From positions 115,196,001 to 115,260,000 of the forward strand of contig OX597816.1 in the NCBI GenBank assembly GCA_951406725.2: a stretch of 64,000 bases of DNA. The letters are read 5' to 3'. Positions within the stretch are counted from its first letter, which is position 1; each line of letters starts with the position of its first letter. Shown here piece after piece: positions 12,870-28,046 of the stretch. Both the position numbers and the translations under genes were made by a program. Origin of the DNA: Octopus vulgaris (taxonomy: Eukaryota). The notes beneath the pieces are model-generated. The model saw only the letters and a list, made by a program, of their open reading frames with translations, ran no database searches and was not told the DNA's origin.

Positions 12870-13126
12870 TAAAGTTAATCCAAACATGAAAACACAAAGA
12901 TAAAACACAACAACGCGAGGACGTGGAGCAAATATAGTATTATTGGACGCTCTGGAAGGAAGGAAGATGGAAGGTTTAACGTTTCGAGTGGTGCTCTTCG
13001 TCAGAAATATAGGAAAAGGAAAGATCCAGAGAAAGGAAGACGGGGGAAAAAAAATCGCCAACGGTACACACACGGTCACATTTTGAATGACCGGAAGGAA
13101 ATGGGTGAAGAAAAGTTCTTTCAAAG

Positions 13127-13130
<4 letters not shown>
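12870..13130 (-). mobile_element. Penelope-like repeat family P1 copy between TA tracts
   Basis: Homologous to 2234-2420, 57720-57925 and 3790-3862; carries an intact hammerhead core. Confidence 0.65.
12973..13010 (-). ncRNA. Minimal type I hammerhead ribozyme motif
   Basis: uuu-CUGACGA-A-GAG(cacca)CUC-GAAACGUU-aaa: intact CUGANGA and GAAA cores, stem II GAG/CUC, palindromic AACGUU stem III, short stem I. Confidence 0.6.
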
Positions 13131-13172
<42 letters not shown>

Positions 13173-13417
13173 CACATACATATATATTATGTATGTATTT
13201 GTATGCATTCTGTATTTTATTTTGTACTCTTTTAATGGTCTCTGTCCTTGGACTTCAGGGAGCCTGTCAAGGGTTTTTTTAAAAATCGATAATGGCATAT
13301 AAACACAGACATTAACATATAAACACTAACATTTATTTCACTGTGGTTCTTACCTTATTGCTCCATATTTGTTGAATATTTAACCTATGTTTTATGTAAG
13401 TACATTTCTACTCACTA

Positions 13418-13455
<38 letters not shown>

Positions 13456-14203
13456 ATGTATGATATGAATATATATATATATATTTGCATATTAACATTC
13501 TCTCATAAATATTTGTGCAAATATGTTTTATGAATCTAAGTAATACCAACTAAATTATAGACTTGAAATGAATAAAAATTTTATATTTCACTTTTTGCAT
13601 TCACTTTTTGTAATAATATTCATAGTAAATAAAACAGTTAATTTTTTTTATATAAAAACTTGTAAAAATTTGGAATATATAATAAATTTTATGACATTTA
13701 TACAGATGTTTGAATATTAATTGATATAATAAATGTTGATATAAAGAAGTTTTACCATAAAAAAGTATTGTAATGAATTAAAAAAATGTAATGGGCAAGT
13801 TTAGATAAATTGTCTAATGATAGACAATTTATATGAATATTTTATATAACAAGTTGATTTTTAATATTTTATTATCAAATTGTTCATTTAAAAAAGCTTA
13901 TGAAAATAGTTTATTAAAAATTAACTTTAAAAAATTAGCTTAAACATAAAAAGATTATTTTGTCAGCTTAAAAAGATTATAATAAACAGTGTAGATTTAA
14001 TAGTTAAAAGATAAACCATTATACAGATATTTTATATAAAATTTCTCTTATTAAAATTTTATAAAATTTTATAAAAGGTTTAAATTGAAAAATACTTTAG
14101 TAAAATTTATTTAATTAAATGATGTATAAGATTTTTTTAAATGAAGTATATATATTTATATATATATATACATATATATACATATATACATATATATATA
14201 TAT

Positions 14204-14281
<78 letters not shown>

Positions 14282-14431
14282 ATACTACATGTAAAAATGT
14301 TTATATATAAAAAGTTTATGCTGAAAAAGTTTAAATAAAAGGATTTATTATAAAAGAAGTTTATATAAAAGCGTTTTAATAAAAACTCTTATATATGTAT
14401 TTAGAAGCCCATATAAAAATGTTTAGATAAA

Positions 14432-14477
<46 letters not shown>

Positions 14478-14564
14478 TTATATATAAAGTATAAATAAAC
14501 GTTTTTATATATTTACATAAAAATGCTTAAATAAAAAAGTTTATGTATTTATATAAATGTGCAT

Positions 14565-14606
<42 letters not shown>

Positions 14607-16124
14607 ATACAGAGATATGTATATATGCATGTGTGTATGTGTGTGTGTGTGTGTGTGTGTGAAGTTTAAATAAAAACGTTTATGTATTTATATAATAAGT
14701 TTTATACAAATAAAAATGTTTCTAGAAAAAAGTTTATATATTAGTTGGGAAAGAAAAGAATTAATCTAACAAACTTTCAAAAAACTTTATTTGAAGACAA
14801 AAAAAACCCCAAAAAACAATCTACATTTATATTTATATTTTCTTGGAAAGACATTTATGACTTCAAAGAGGAGGAATTCCGTACTATATGCTTTGTTAGA
14901 TTTTGTTGGCTGCAATAATACCTGTTCCTTGCCAAATGTATGTAAACGTAGCCAAAAAGAATATATTCAGCAAAAGCTAAATATCTCCAAATAAATGGTA
15001 ATTCTATGTAAGTTCTGAATTCGTGTTATTTGAATTACTTTTTTGTATTTTTTATATAAATGTGTGTGTGTGTGTGTGCAAGTGTGTATTTCAAAGATAT
15101 TCTTTTTATATCTGTATAAAAAAAAAATGCATTTTCTAAAGTGCAAAGCCAATCATACAACAGACGTTTGTAAGATCTATAGTTTTTGCAGAGATTGACT
15201 CCTGCAATGCTTGATTTAATATGGATAGGAACATTCCTCAGCTGAAGGACTGCTAAATTTGAAATGTTGTGGTGTAGTTTGTTGTATTCTTGGACAATAC
15301 TATTCATTCAACCAATCCATCTCTCATGAAAGAAAAGAAACATAGCTAAAAAAGCTGACACTGTGCTGAAACAGATTAGTTTAAGATTCTTAGACTTAAT
15401 CCTTTTCATATTAATCTAACTCTGGTCCCCAGATACAAATTTACCAATGTTCTGTTTTAAATTGTTCATATTTAAATTAATCCTTTCCATTATAATTCTA
15501 TACAAGACCATCTTTAACCCTTTTAATACTGGCTTGCCTGGGGCTGCCTCTGGATCTGTAATATAAACTTCTTATTTTAAAGAGATCTAAATTACAAGAT
15601 CCCATCAAAATGTCATATTATGTTCCAAACAACAGTTGAATAAGGATAAAATAATTTTACTAAATTCTTCATTATTTTCAAAGCTAATAAAAAATAACAA
15701 TATGTTTCAACTGAGATATAATAAGGGGTTAATGAGAATTGCTGTTAATTATTGTACTAAGTCCTTAAATTTTTTGATTATCTTCAAAATTAATTAAATC
15801 CCATATTTTATTAGAATAAAGTCATAAAAGGATTAACCATGCTTAATTTTTATCGTGTGTTGATTGTTCTATTCTCTCATTATTCTCACTAGACTAATCT
15901 CTCCGTTTCACCCCTCTCTCTCTCTCTCTCTTTCCATGCCATTATTTACGGTATAATAATAGAGATAATATAAATTCAGTCTTTTGGTGATCCAAATATA
16001 GGTTTGCATCAAGGTACGATTTCAAGATATAAAATAGCCTGCACTAAATAAAGAAAAAAAAAGAAAGAAAAAATATAGTAGTACAAGTTAATTATTTTTA
16101 TGTGGTAAAGAAAAGACAAGTAAA

Positions 16125-16160
16125 TTCAACATTTCGGACTGCATTGGTCCTTCATCAAGA
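16125..16160 (-). ncRNA. Decayed hammerhead-like motif
   Basis: UUGAUGA-A-GGAC(caaugca)GUCC-GAAA-uguu; one core substitution (C to U). Confidence 0.4.
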
Positions 16161-17772
16161 AAACGAAAGAAGAATAAAACGAAATGACCATTCTGTAGGA
16201 GTTATATCTTATGATGAAAGTCACATTTTAAGGGGATAAAACGGAAAACTTTTAATGAATTCCTATGAAGCATTCATCTTTTTTTTTTCTCTGCTTTTAC
16301 TTGACTGAAGGTCTCTATTTGAATCATTGAACACACTCTTCCATACAACATAAAATTAGTTACCTTGGACTCAAGATTATTTTGATTTTAGTTTCTGTTC
16401 CTGAAACTTTTGAGATAGGTAGTAGGCATACTTTAACTATAAAGTAAGTATAGGAAAATAAGAGCTGGAATGGGCCATAGCTCTTGATATAACCAAGTAA
16501 TAAACCAGACTCTAATAAAATGAAGGAATGAATCATGTCTTACTCATCCTTGGTTTTTCAGCACATATGCATATATGTGTGTGTATAGGTGTCTATGTAA
16601 GCATATACACATACATGTATACTTGCCCAAGAGAGATATTTTTCTACAATTCAATAGTGTATGTGTTCTTATTTTTGTTACCAATGGTTCCATCACACTG
16701 GACTCGCAACAGCTGAAGACATGCAAGATTTATTGAATTGTTGACACAAGAACTTAATGTCCTAAATGTAAGTCTCCAAAACTGTCTCATTTAATGTATA
16801 TATGCACTTGTTTGTTCGTTCGTGTGTGTGTGTGTACAGAGAGATTTCCATAATTTTTAATGATGAGCCACACATTAGTTTGATCAACAAACAGTATGCT
16901 TGTCAAAATTATCAAATAAGTAGTTAAACATTCCATAAGCACATGTTCTTAGCATCATTTCCAGAGAGAATCAACGTGTTATAAAGTGAGACAAAGCTAA
17001 TCCTTTGAACTATAAGTGCAATGCAGCTGATAACCTTCCAAACAGCTTCCATCCACCCAATTTCACCAACAATGCATGTGTTAACACAAGGCTAGAGTAA
17101 CAGATCTTTGACCAAGAAGCCATGCAATGGACCAAATCTGGAGCTCATGATTTGAAAGAAAATTCTTTGCCATTCAACCATAACTGTAACCAAGTATGTC
17201 TTGAGCTGACAGGTTCCTTAGGCAGTAGCTTCTCCTGGTTTCTGTGATGTTAACAGCCTGAGAGTACAAGCCTTCCCCAGTATGTTGCAAATTTAATTCC
17301 TGCTGCTCATTTTCGACTGAGGTAACTGGAGCCCCTTGCTCCTTGGACAGAATGTACTACTTGGACAAGGAATTAAACTCACAACTAACTATCTTGAACC
17401 CAATATCCTAACCGTTTGGTCACATGCCCACACAGACACACAGACACACACACACACTGTATGTAAGTATGTATGTATGTATGTATGTATGTATATATGT
17501 GTGTGTATATATATATATATATATGGCTTAGGTATAGTGATATTAATAACCTGATTTTAGAACTCAGTATATGTATGTTTCATAATAGAGCATTAGTTGA
17601 GTACAAAATATGTATATTTATATACATACATACATACATAGGCAGACATACATACATACAGATAGATAGATAGGTAGATAGATAGATAGATGAACAGAAT
17701 GATAGATCAGTAAATAAACAGATATACATATACAATTATATACATGTATATATATATGGCATACACACACAT

Positions 17773-17813
<41 letters not shown>

Positions 17814-18539
17814 CGTGTGTCAGTGCATGAATATAAGATTATACTTTCATAAACAACACACTTTGGTACTGCATTGTGATTCTGGGTAGCATATGCTTTG
17901 CAAACACCAGGTAGTTCACAGATGAATAGTTAGAAGTAGGAAGTGTATACAGCTGTGAAAACAATAGTTACAACATTACGCAAAAGTACATATTTGCAAA
18001 CAAAAATAATTGTCCCACTCATTCTCCTATGGAAAACATAGTTGCAAAACAAGCAAACAGACAAACACAGACATTCACACACAGAGTTTAACCTTGGGTG
18101 GCAGGTTTCACATGCTGCTCTCTTTCATACCACAACATGGTTCTTCGTAGAGCTCATTCTGTGGTAAGCATTCCGACCAGATTCCCATTTCCTTTATCTC
18201 CCATCATGTTTTTTTTTCCTGAAGCCACTCACTTGTAGATGTTCAGACTGCATATCAACCACACACCAGTTTTAACTCGTCTGGGAATGTCTTTCAAACA
18301 AAGGGGTAGTTTACACCCTTCTATGACAAACATATTTTAAAAAATAATCCAACAACAATACCACTAGCCTATATGTATGCATGCATGCTTATTGTCTTGT
18401 TATTCTGCAGATAGTGAAGAAGATACATATACACCCATATGCACACACACACATACATATATATATATACATACATATATATATGTATGTATGTATATAT
18501 ATATATATGTATGTATATATAGGTATGTATATATGTATG

Positions 18540-18579
<40 letters not shown>

Positions 18580-18617
18580 TATATATATAGTGTGTTGTGT
18601 GTATATATATACAGTGT

Positions 18618-18659
<42 letters not shown>

Positions 18660-19171
18660 GTATATATATATATATATATATATCTGTATGTATGAATGTA
18701 TGTATGTATGCATGTGTGTTTGTGTGTTGGTGTATATGAGTGACTGTGTGCACGTATGCATTTCAGACCTTTGTGATCTGTGCTATGTCTGTGAGTGTGT
18801 AGTGTTATGATACAACAGAAAGAAAGTCAGTGATTTCTAAGTCCTCTGCCCCTCTCCCCACTCCATTTCACTTACATATTTCTTCCTTATGCCCTTTGGA
18901 AAGTCTTGAGTATCTCAACTTCCTGTTTCCTTTCCTTTGTACACCTAGCATTTTATTCCTAAGTAATAAAACATACAGGTTTATGGGGATATGAATTTAT
19001 ACAAATATGTATAGAAACTCACTGACATATATACATGTGTATGTTTGTGTATCTGTGTGTGTGAGAGAGAGAGAAAGAAAGTGTATGTGTGTGTGTCTGT
19101 GTGCATATACATATATATACATATATACATATATATATATACCATATAAATTTATATATTTTTAGTTTTAA

Positions 19172-19203
<32 letters not shown>

Positions 19204-19482
19204 ATGAATAGATAGATATCTATATTTATAAATATATATATATGTATATATATAAAATTTGTGTATATATGTATATGTATATATACACACACATGCGCAT
19301 ACACATACACACATGCACATATATATAATGTATATAAATATATATATATACTTTGATACTTTGATAGGTTTCGGCCATTATTGGCCCAGGCCATGTCTAA
19401 CTTAAATCCATGTATATGTATGTATGCATGTATCTATCTATCTCTCTATCTATCTCTTTCTGTCACCCTCTCTCTCTCACAT

Positions 19483-19546
<64 letters not shown>

Positions 19547-20117
19547 ACACACACATATATACATATGTATCTTTATAGATATTGAAGTATCCTTGACAGT
19601 CTCTTTACAATATACCTCCTGTATTTAATCCTTTCCACTCCTATTTTCCTTTTGGGACCATTTTGAAATTATTTCTTATTACCTTTCTGAAACATCTACC
19701 ATTTCTCATTGTTATGCTTTGTAACTATTTCATTCTTTCTCCCAACCTCACCATGTATTCCTAATACCAGGAATGCTAGATTTTGAGTGACTAAATGTGT
19801 AACCAGCTTTAGTTCAATAGCAACTGAGAAGGTGAATAGTCACCAAAACTTTTGAATATCCTGAGAGTAAATTATGGTAAATATTCCATATTTGCTTTAT
19901 GCACTACATTCTGATACATTTTGCCCATTTGTTTAATTCCCAATGGCATAAAATCATAGCACTAACTACCTGCTGAGTCATTGTACACCCTTGGTGATTA
20001 AATATCACATTTAGTTGAATTAAGATCATACTACCTAGGTTCATGTACATCTTTCATCTACATGTGTTTATATAGATAGACAGACAAATAGACGAGCGGA
20101 TAGATAGATAAATAGAC

Positions 20118-20157
<40 letters not shown>

Positions 20158-20759
20158 GTGTTTGTGTGTGTGTATGTGTGTATGACTGTGAGAGCATGTA
20201 TGTGTATCTGTGTGCCTCTGTGTGTGTGTGTGTGTGTGCGTGTGTGTGTATGTGTGTGCATGCGTGTGTGTGTGCGTGTGTATGTGTGTGCATGCGTGTG
20301 TGTGTGTGTGTGTGAATGTATTAATTAAGTAGAACACAACTCCAGTCTAATCCAGTGATTAAGTGCATCACAAATCTTCGAAAGTAAGAAGGAAAAAAAA
20401 ACACAGCATAAAAGTAAAACAAAGTATAACAAATAACAAACATACAAGCAAAAACATAAATAAATCAGTTTGAATGGAATGTGTAGATATTCTGTGAATC
20501 TTTTCCAACAACACTCAGTTGCCAGCACGCGCCCAATGAAAATAAAATTAACAACCGTGTTATGAGTGACAGCAGCAACTGTTTTTCAGATTTGCCCATT
20601 TGATTTACTTGAGCTATCTTTGGTATGTAGAGACAGCTCGTCATGTGTTTCTTAATTGCCATTCATTTTTAAATTTAGATAAAACAACCATTTCTTTCTC
20701 CATCTAACTAAATGCAACCTATATTGTTCCTGACTGCTTTAATTTTATCTCCTCAAAGA

Positions 20760-21600
20760 AAGGGAGTTCAAATTTGGTCTCATTTAGCTCAGACGTTTCC
20801 TAACAAACTGTTGTTCTGTGAGGTTTGTATATATTTCAAATTTTAGTATGCAAAAACAGGGCCCCTGTTTTTGATACTGGATGCAAGTGAAAGGTGAAAA
20901 AAGCTGTAGTGAAAGTTGTATATTTGACGTAGAAGGAAAGAGATTTTGGATGCAATGAAAACTGAAAGGAAACATGTAGGTCTTCTAGATGTGAAGCAGT
21001 GGTTCAGTGTATAGGGTGAGAAGAGCAGGTGGAACTTAGTGGCAGAAGCTGTTAGAGAGGAGAAGAAGAACGGTAGGGGCATAAAAGTTGCACAGTAAAG
21101 ATTTCAAGGTGCTTAGGTATAGTGAGATAAAATAGACCAGAAGCACATCTTGTGGAAAAACCTACTTTGAATGTCTGCAAGAGCATTCAGCTTTGTAATT
21201 GTTTCTCATTTGATGTGCTGCCATCTAAAAGTGAGATGTGCAAATAAATTAAAAAATCAAGAGAGCTTCCAGAGCATTTTTTGTTGCACTGATCTTCTTG
21301 TAACTTATATTTGGAGGCACAATCAAGCATACAGGCAGCTAGCAGAAATTACAAGCAAGTTATACAAGTGAGGAAGAATAAGAAACCACAGCAGGTGAAA
21401 AATATTGAATTTATGAAAGAGAAGCAAAAGAAAAGGGCTGAGGAAATGATTACTCTATTTTCATATTTGTGAGATGTTAGCTGTGAGAGATGACTGCAAG
21501 ATGTTGGTGGAAGAGAAAGGAAAGGAGACAATGCCAGCAGAAGTGGTGAAGATGACTTTGAGATGTCATCTGGTTTTTGTGTCAGAGTAGCAGGTTGTCT
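20760..21600 (-). mobile_element. Highly decayed LINE (CR1/L2-like) fragment
   Basis: Purine-skewed unique block of LINE-like composition; no intact ORF; family uncertain. Confidence 0.3.
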
Positions 21601-22572
21601 TCATCATAAAATTGACTGTCATGTGGGACTAAAAGAATTGTTGGGGATAAGGGCAGATAAAAAGAATTGGATAATAAAATAGCATATACATCTCTCATAC
21701 TAATATACTGTATGTACTCACAAGCAAATTCATGTGAATAGATCTCCATTTGCTTGGAAAATGCACATTCAGTGCTTTCCTCAACTGAACTACCTGGTTA
21801 TTGAATTTACTTGCATGTGGCTGTGTATTCCACAGACGTGTGCTCTAAACATAATCATTGGGTAGAATCACCATGACATTGTAACAAGCCTGGCACTTTG
21901 AATTATGGGTAAAGTCTGATTGATGGACTTCCACAATGCTTCTGTCTACCCAGATTCACTTACCAGTCAAGGCTTATAGTAAAAGGCACTTACCCAAGAT
22001 ACTATGCAAGAAAGCTTGGCTCAGGACCTTATGATTTTGAGGCAAACTTCTTAACCTTTCAGCTAAACTGTATCCATGATATACACAAATACAGACATGT
22101 ACAGGTACTTGAACCCCTCCCCTGCACACACACAAATAGGTGTAAGTTTGTTTTTATGAAGTATCTCCAATGCTAATGTAGTCATAAAAAGTGAGCTCCT
22201 AATACACTGAGTGAAAAGAATCCTTGGAAAGTAAAGATAAACAGGCTCCTGTGGGACTTGAACCACAACTTATTCTGGATTACATTACATAATGCAATTA
22301 CATTACATAATTACGTTTTCATATAATTTTTTATATCAGTACCTGAGCCATCAGTAATGTCAGCATGTCTTCTACTAAACTTAGAGATAACTACATTTTG
22401 GCTTGTATGTATGAATATTTGATTTTTCCAGTTGGAGGTATTCTTGAAATATGTACATGATGGAGGTTGCTAATCAGAATATGAAGATGCAATTAAAATT
22501 GTCAAAATAATAAGAAAATAAGAAAATTCATTTTATTACTCCCCAAATATACAGGTTTGATTTCTTTCGATA

Positions 22573-23365
22573 TTCTTTTATTCTTTTATTCTTACTTGTT
22601 TCAGTCATTTGACTGTGGCCATGCTGGAGCACTGCCTTTAGTCAAACAAATTGACCCCAAGACATATTCTTTGTAAGCCTAGTACCTATTCTATTGGTCT
22701 CCTTTGCCAAACCACTAAGTTACAGGGATGTAAACACACTAACATCAGTTATCAAGCGATGGAAGGGGAACAAACACTTACAAACAGTAACACACAAATA
22801 CATACATACATATATATATTCTTTTATTTGTTTCAGCCATTTGACTGTAGCCATGCTGGAGCACTGCCTTTAGCCGAATAAATCGACCCCAGGACTTATT
22901 CTTTGTAAGCCTAGTACTTATTCTATCAGTTTCTTTTGCTGAACTGCTAGGTTACGGGGACAAACACAGATACATAAACACACACACCCATATATGCAAC
23001 GGGCTTCTTTCAGTTTCAGTGTACCAAATCCACTCACAAGGCTTTGGTTGGCCCAAGGCTATAGTAGAAGACATTTTCCCAAGGTATCACACAGTGGGAT
23101 TGAACCCAGAACCATGTGGTTGGTAAGCAAGCTATTTACCACACACCCATTTCTATGCATATAGCTACTCCTTTGCCTATAGCCATTCCTGTGTCTATAT
23201 ATATGCACGATGGACTTCTTTCAGTTTCCATCAACCAAATCAATTCAGAAGGCTTTGGTCGGCCTAAGGCTAAAGTAGAAGACACTTACCCAAGATGCCA
23301 TGCAGTGGGATTGCACCTGGAACCATGTGGTTGGAAAGCAAGCTTCTTACCACACAGCCACTCAT
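22573..23365 (-). mobile_element. Compound SINE family A cluster (duplicated tail and head halves)
   Basis: Two tail modules (ttgtttcagtcatttgactg...) and two head modules (…ttaccacac). Confidence 0.8.
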
Positions 23366-24565
23366 GTACAACTTTTTTTTAGTCAATGATCCATTCATTA
23401 TTCTGATGTCTTGGATATGAAAGGTCATAGCAATAATCAGTGCTGGCAATAATTTCTGTAGGATATCTGTACAGATAACCCTAACAAGTGATGTAAAGCA
23501 CACTGCTAACACAGAAGAACATGGTATTGACTTATAAAAGCATTTAATATGCTTTACAGTATGTTATGGTTGCATAACAAAATACCGTACTCCTACAAGT
23601 CATTAATAGCAAATATATATACATATTAACAAATGGGTACATGATTATACATTTACATACATTTTATAATGGTTTTTAAGAGACAGCAGGTTTATTTTAT
23701 GCAAAAAATTGCACACTTATAACATTTTTGACACATTCTGTGCAAAAGCTTAAAATGTACATAATAAGCATTGTTATTCATATTCCCTGCAAAAGTTTCT
23801 GAAGGACAATATTTCTTGTATAAACATGAGGAGGCACTAACATCTTGGCCCCCTGAAATTTCTATCTGTAATTGCAAATTTTTTTGTTTTTCTTCTGCAG
23901 AAATATGCTAAAGCTTAATACATGAAACCTCTCAGTAGGATGATTATAAGGTAATAGTGGAATATAGCAGAATACATGAAGTAGAATAATTAATAGTGGA
24001 ATAAATTCATATACAAATGCGCATAGCATGTTGAATTTATATTGATGACACATAACATAGCCATATTGATTAGATTTTCCATTAAGAAAACAAAGAAAAT
24101 TAATTTAATCACCAGAATTTATGAACATAGGAAAAACGTTGATTGAGCATTAAAGGACACAGAAGTTAGAAGACTAAACTTTCAAATACAAAATAATAAG
24201 CAGAAGAGCTCCACCCATTAACTACACATGTCTATAAGTCGCCAAATGATGTTACCTTGAAACACTGTATATATCATCCCAAATCTGTCTCTGTCAAATT
24301 CTCAACTTTGACTAGTTTGAAATATTTTCAAGAGAAAGTTTACAATTCTGGTTGTGGATGAAGAAGACTGTGGGAACAAATTTAGCAATTTTTGGCAAAA
24401 AATGTACCCTTTTGCCAAGTTGTAACAAAAAGTTAACAGTTGGATAGATAGACAAATGTAACAAAATAATTTGACAAAAAATGTGAATTTTTAATTATTT
24501 TCTGAGATTTTACAAAAACAACAAAAATATTGGAATAAATTGTATATATATATATATATATATAT

Positions 24566-24566
<1 letters not shown>

Positions 24567-24601
<35 letters not shown>

Positions 24602-24850
24602 GTTTAGCGTCCGTTTTCCATACTAGCATGGGTTGGACGGTTCTACTGGGGTCTGTGAAGCCAGAAGGCTTCATCAGGCCCAGTCAAATCTGGCAGTGTT
24701 TCTACGGCTGGATGCCCTTCCTAACGCCAACCACTCCGTGAGTGTAGTGGGTGCTTTTTACGTGCCACCCGCACAGGTGCCAGACAGAGCTGGCAAACGG
24801 CCACGAACGGATGGTGCTTTTTATGTGCCACCGGCACGAGGGCCAGGCGA
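24567..24850 (-). mobile_element. SINE family C with (GAT)n tail, RTE-like 3' end
   Basis: (CAT)n then cgtttagcgtccgttttccatactagcatgggttggacgg...ggatgcccttcctaacgccaaccac; homologues at 57482, 60513 and 63293. Confidence 0.75.
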
Positions 24851-25381
24851 TATATATATATATATATATATATACATAAAAATACACTTTGTGTGTTATA
24901 TATATCGATATGATTCTTGACTGTTCCTTGCTGTTCATGTAATTATGATTTTTAAACTTACTACAGCCACCTGATTCTGTTTGCCTTAGTTTCATATCAC
25001 AATAAAAAATACTTGTGTTTCACAGCTGAGAAATAGTATGAAGCCTTTAAAACAATTACATCACCTTATAAGCAAATGCCCCACATTTTATGGAAACTAT
25101 TTCAAATATCTTAACATGAAAATTTGACTGTGAAATAAGTTGGCTGCAAATAAAATAAATAACTAAATATATAGAGAAATAAATAAAATGTGAACCAGGA
25201 CACACAGATAACTTTGAATGGTATTTTATTGTTAATGTTACTGTCTCTGTCATTGAGACAATACATTAGGAAGTCTTCCAAATTACATATTTATCCTGTA
25301 AACAAGTGAATTCATCACAATTTGAATGTTCCCTTATGCAGACCAACATCAGTCTCTTTGGCGTCTGTCTGATAATACACA

Positions 25382-25420
<39 letters not shown>

Positions 25421-25531
25421 ACACACACATATACATATATAAGTACATGCATATACATAAATGTGTGCATATGTATGTGTATATGTGTGTGGGTGTGTGT
25501 ATATGTGTATGTGTGTGTGTATGATTATACA

Positions 25532-25577
<46 letters not shown>

Positions 25578-25774
25578 TTCACACATTTACATCTTTGCTT
25601 CTAGTTTATCTACAAACATAAATATATGCAAATATATAGTGCAATGCCTGTATTTCACACACTCAAATAAACATAGGTGTGTGTTTGTCTTTATATACAT
25701 ACATGCATACATACATACATACATACATACATATACATCTGCAAATATACACATATATATATATGTGTGTAAGT

Positions 25775-25814
<40 letters not shown>

Positions 25815-28046
25815 ACATATGAGTATTTGAGAAACATTGTGAATACTTTGCTGCAGGGATATGAAGAAAGTTTTAGTTGAACCAAAAGAGCATCTTGAAG
25901 ACAAGAAGTCTTAACCTCGAGATATTAGCTGTCCCAGAATGGCTACAGCACATTCTTTTTTTTTTTAGTTCAGTTTTCTTTCGAAAGGAAGTGTGAATCA
26001 GGCGATAGCTTGCTGCAAATGAGTCATGCAAAAGCTTGATGCCTTGCACACCGGATGCAGAAGTAAAGAGAAAAGTTTTCAAAACATCTTTTAGTGATAC
26101 CAAAAAAAGACAAAACACCAACTTACATACGCATACACATTCGCAAGTACATATACATGCACACACACATGCACATACGTACACACACACACACCTGCAC
26201 AAAAACAATAGCAAGAATTCTACAAAGACACCAACAACAGCAAAGCAACAACAAATGCAAAGAAAAGGAAAAAGTAAGAAACTTTTATTTTTTTCTAAAA
26301 ATAACAGCAATAACAGTCAGTAGCAGCAACAACAATGATGACAACAACAACGACAGCAATAGCAACAACAACAACAACAATAATTAGCAGCAACATAACA
26401 TAAATTTGGATTGTTTATCTGTATTGTTGTATTCTGTTGATATTGTTTATTTTTTCCCCCCTTTTGGTTTAACTTTATTCCATTTATTGGTATTTTTGTA
26501 TTTTTAAGAAATAATTTTTATTTTACATCTCAGCAACAGCAAAAATCATAAAATAAAATATTGATAAAATTATAATACTTCTCATAAACAAATTGTAAAA
26601 AGGTAGAGAGATGTCATAAAATCCTAGCAAGAAAAATAAGTTTGAAAAATAACAGAAAAATATATATAAAAAAAATAAAATGATTTCTTGAAAAATTATC
26701 TCTTTTCTTTTTATTTTCTTTACTTGTAAGAATCTTAATAGTTAAGTATAACATTTATAGGGTTTTAATTCTTTGTGAAGAGGTCAAGATTAAATATTAC
26801 AAAAAGAAAAAAAAAAGAAAAACTGTTTGGGATTTCTCTAATTCTAATGTTGTAATTAGTTATGTCTCTATGTAGAGATTTCCCTCTCATTCTTATATAA
26901 AGTTTATTGACAAATGATGAATAAATTACAGATTAAAAAATTTTACAAAATTCTCTGTTTGTTTCTCATAACAAATTAGTTATGTCATAATGTTAAGAAA
27001 TATTAATTACTAATCACTCACCATCATTCTTTATCAATCATCATCATTGTCTTATGCCTGCTTTTACTTCAGGTATGGACTGGACAGGTTTTATGAGGCA
27101 GTATTTGGCTGTTTTTTTCTCTCAAGTGAAATGACTATATATATAGTTTCAGTATTAAGTCATTTGAATAAATGAAAACAGCTTCAATTCTTAAAAGTTT
27201 CAGTCTGTAGGGAATGAGGCTAAACAATTAGTAGATATTGTAGTATTTGATTACTCCATTCTTTAAATCCAAATTTATTCAATTAGAATAACATATAAGG
27301 TAATTTGCTTAATGTTTTTCATACAAATGGCATCTCTGAATTATTTAAATCCTAAACAAATGCACAAATCGAGGCATTTAATTAGTGATTCATATTTATT
27401 TTAACAAGTAAAGTAAAGGTTATGTCTTGATGATGATCAGAATAGAGCTGAAATATGTCCAAAATAATTATGTAATATTATTTTTCACACACTAATATCG
27501 TTTTTGTTTTTCCTGTTATTGCTTATTTATTTTTAGTTTAGCGTTATCATGTTTCATAGCATTAAACCTTTTAATAATATATTTCTTTTGAGCTTTCATT
27601 TCAATTACTTTTGAAAATAAAGAAGAATTTAATGAAATAATTGTCATTATGAAGCTGGTGTTTGAAAGAAATTAACATGAAAATCTGAGGGAAAGTTTTA
27701 ATTTCGATCACCTAAAGTAGGAAGCTAGTATGAGAGAACAAAGGGTAGTGTCAGGTAGGTAGTATTAAAAGGATTAAATATGTAGACACTAACATTTCGA
27801 TTTTTTTTTTGTGCTCTTCAGAAAAAAGGTGGTTTAAAGATTATTATTACTATAGTATCAGATCAATCTAAGTCTTTTAAATTGAGAGGAACTGTGCAGA
27901 AATCTTGCAATGAACTATAACTGTAAATCAAGCACTGAAGTCTTGTCATAGACTATGCCATACTGATTCTGCCAACGAGTTCTATTATAGGTACACATAT
28001 CTTGGAATATTCAGTCACTTCCACATTAGCTCAATGAGTGCATCAA

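Noticed and set aside
18105-18170. Possible plus-strand exon ending GTG|gtaagc
   Set aside because: Poor acceptor and no partner exons found.
19360-19400. GGCC-aataat-GGCC-GAAA hairpin on the minus strand
   Set aside because: No CUGANGA upstream; too degenerate to call a ribozyme.
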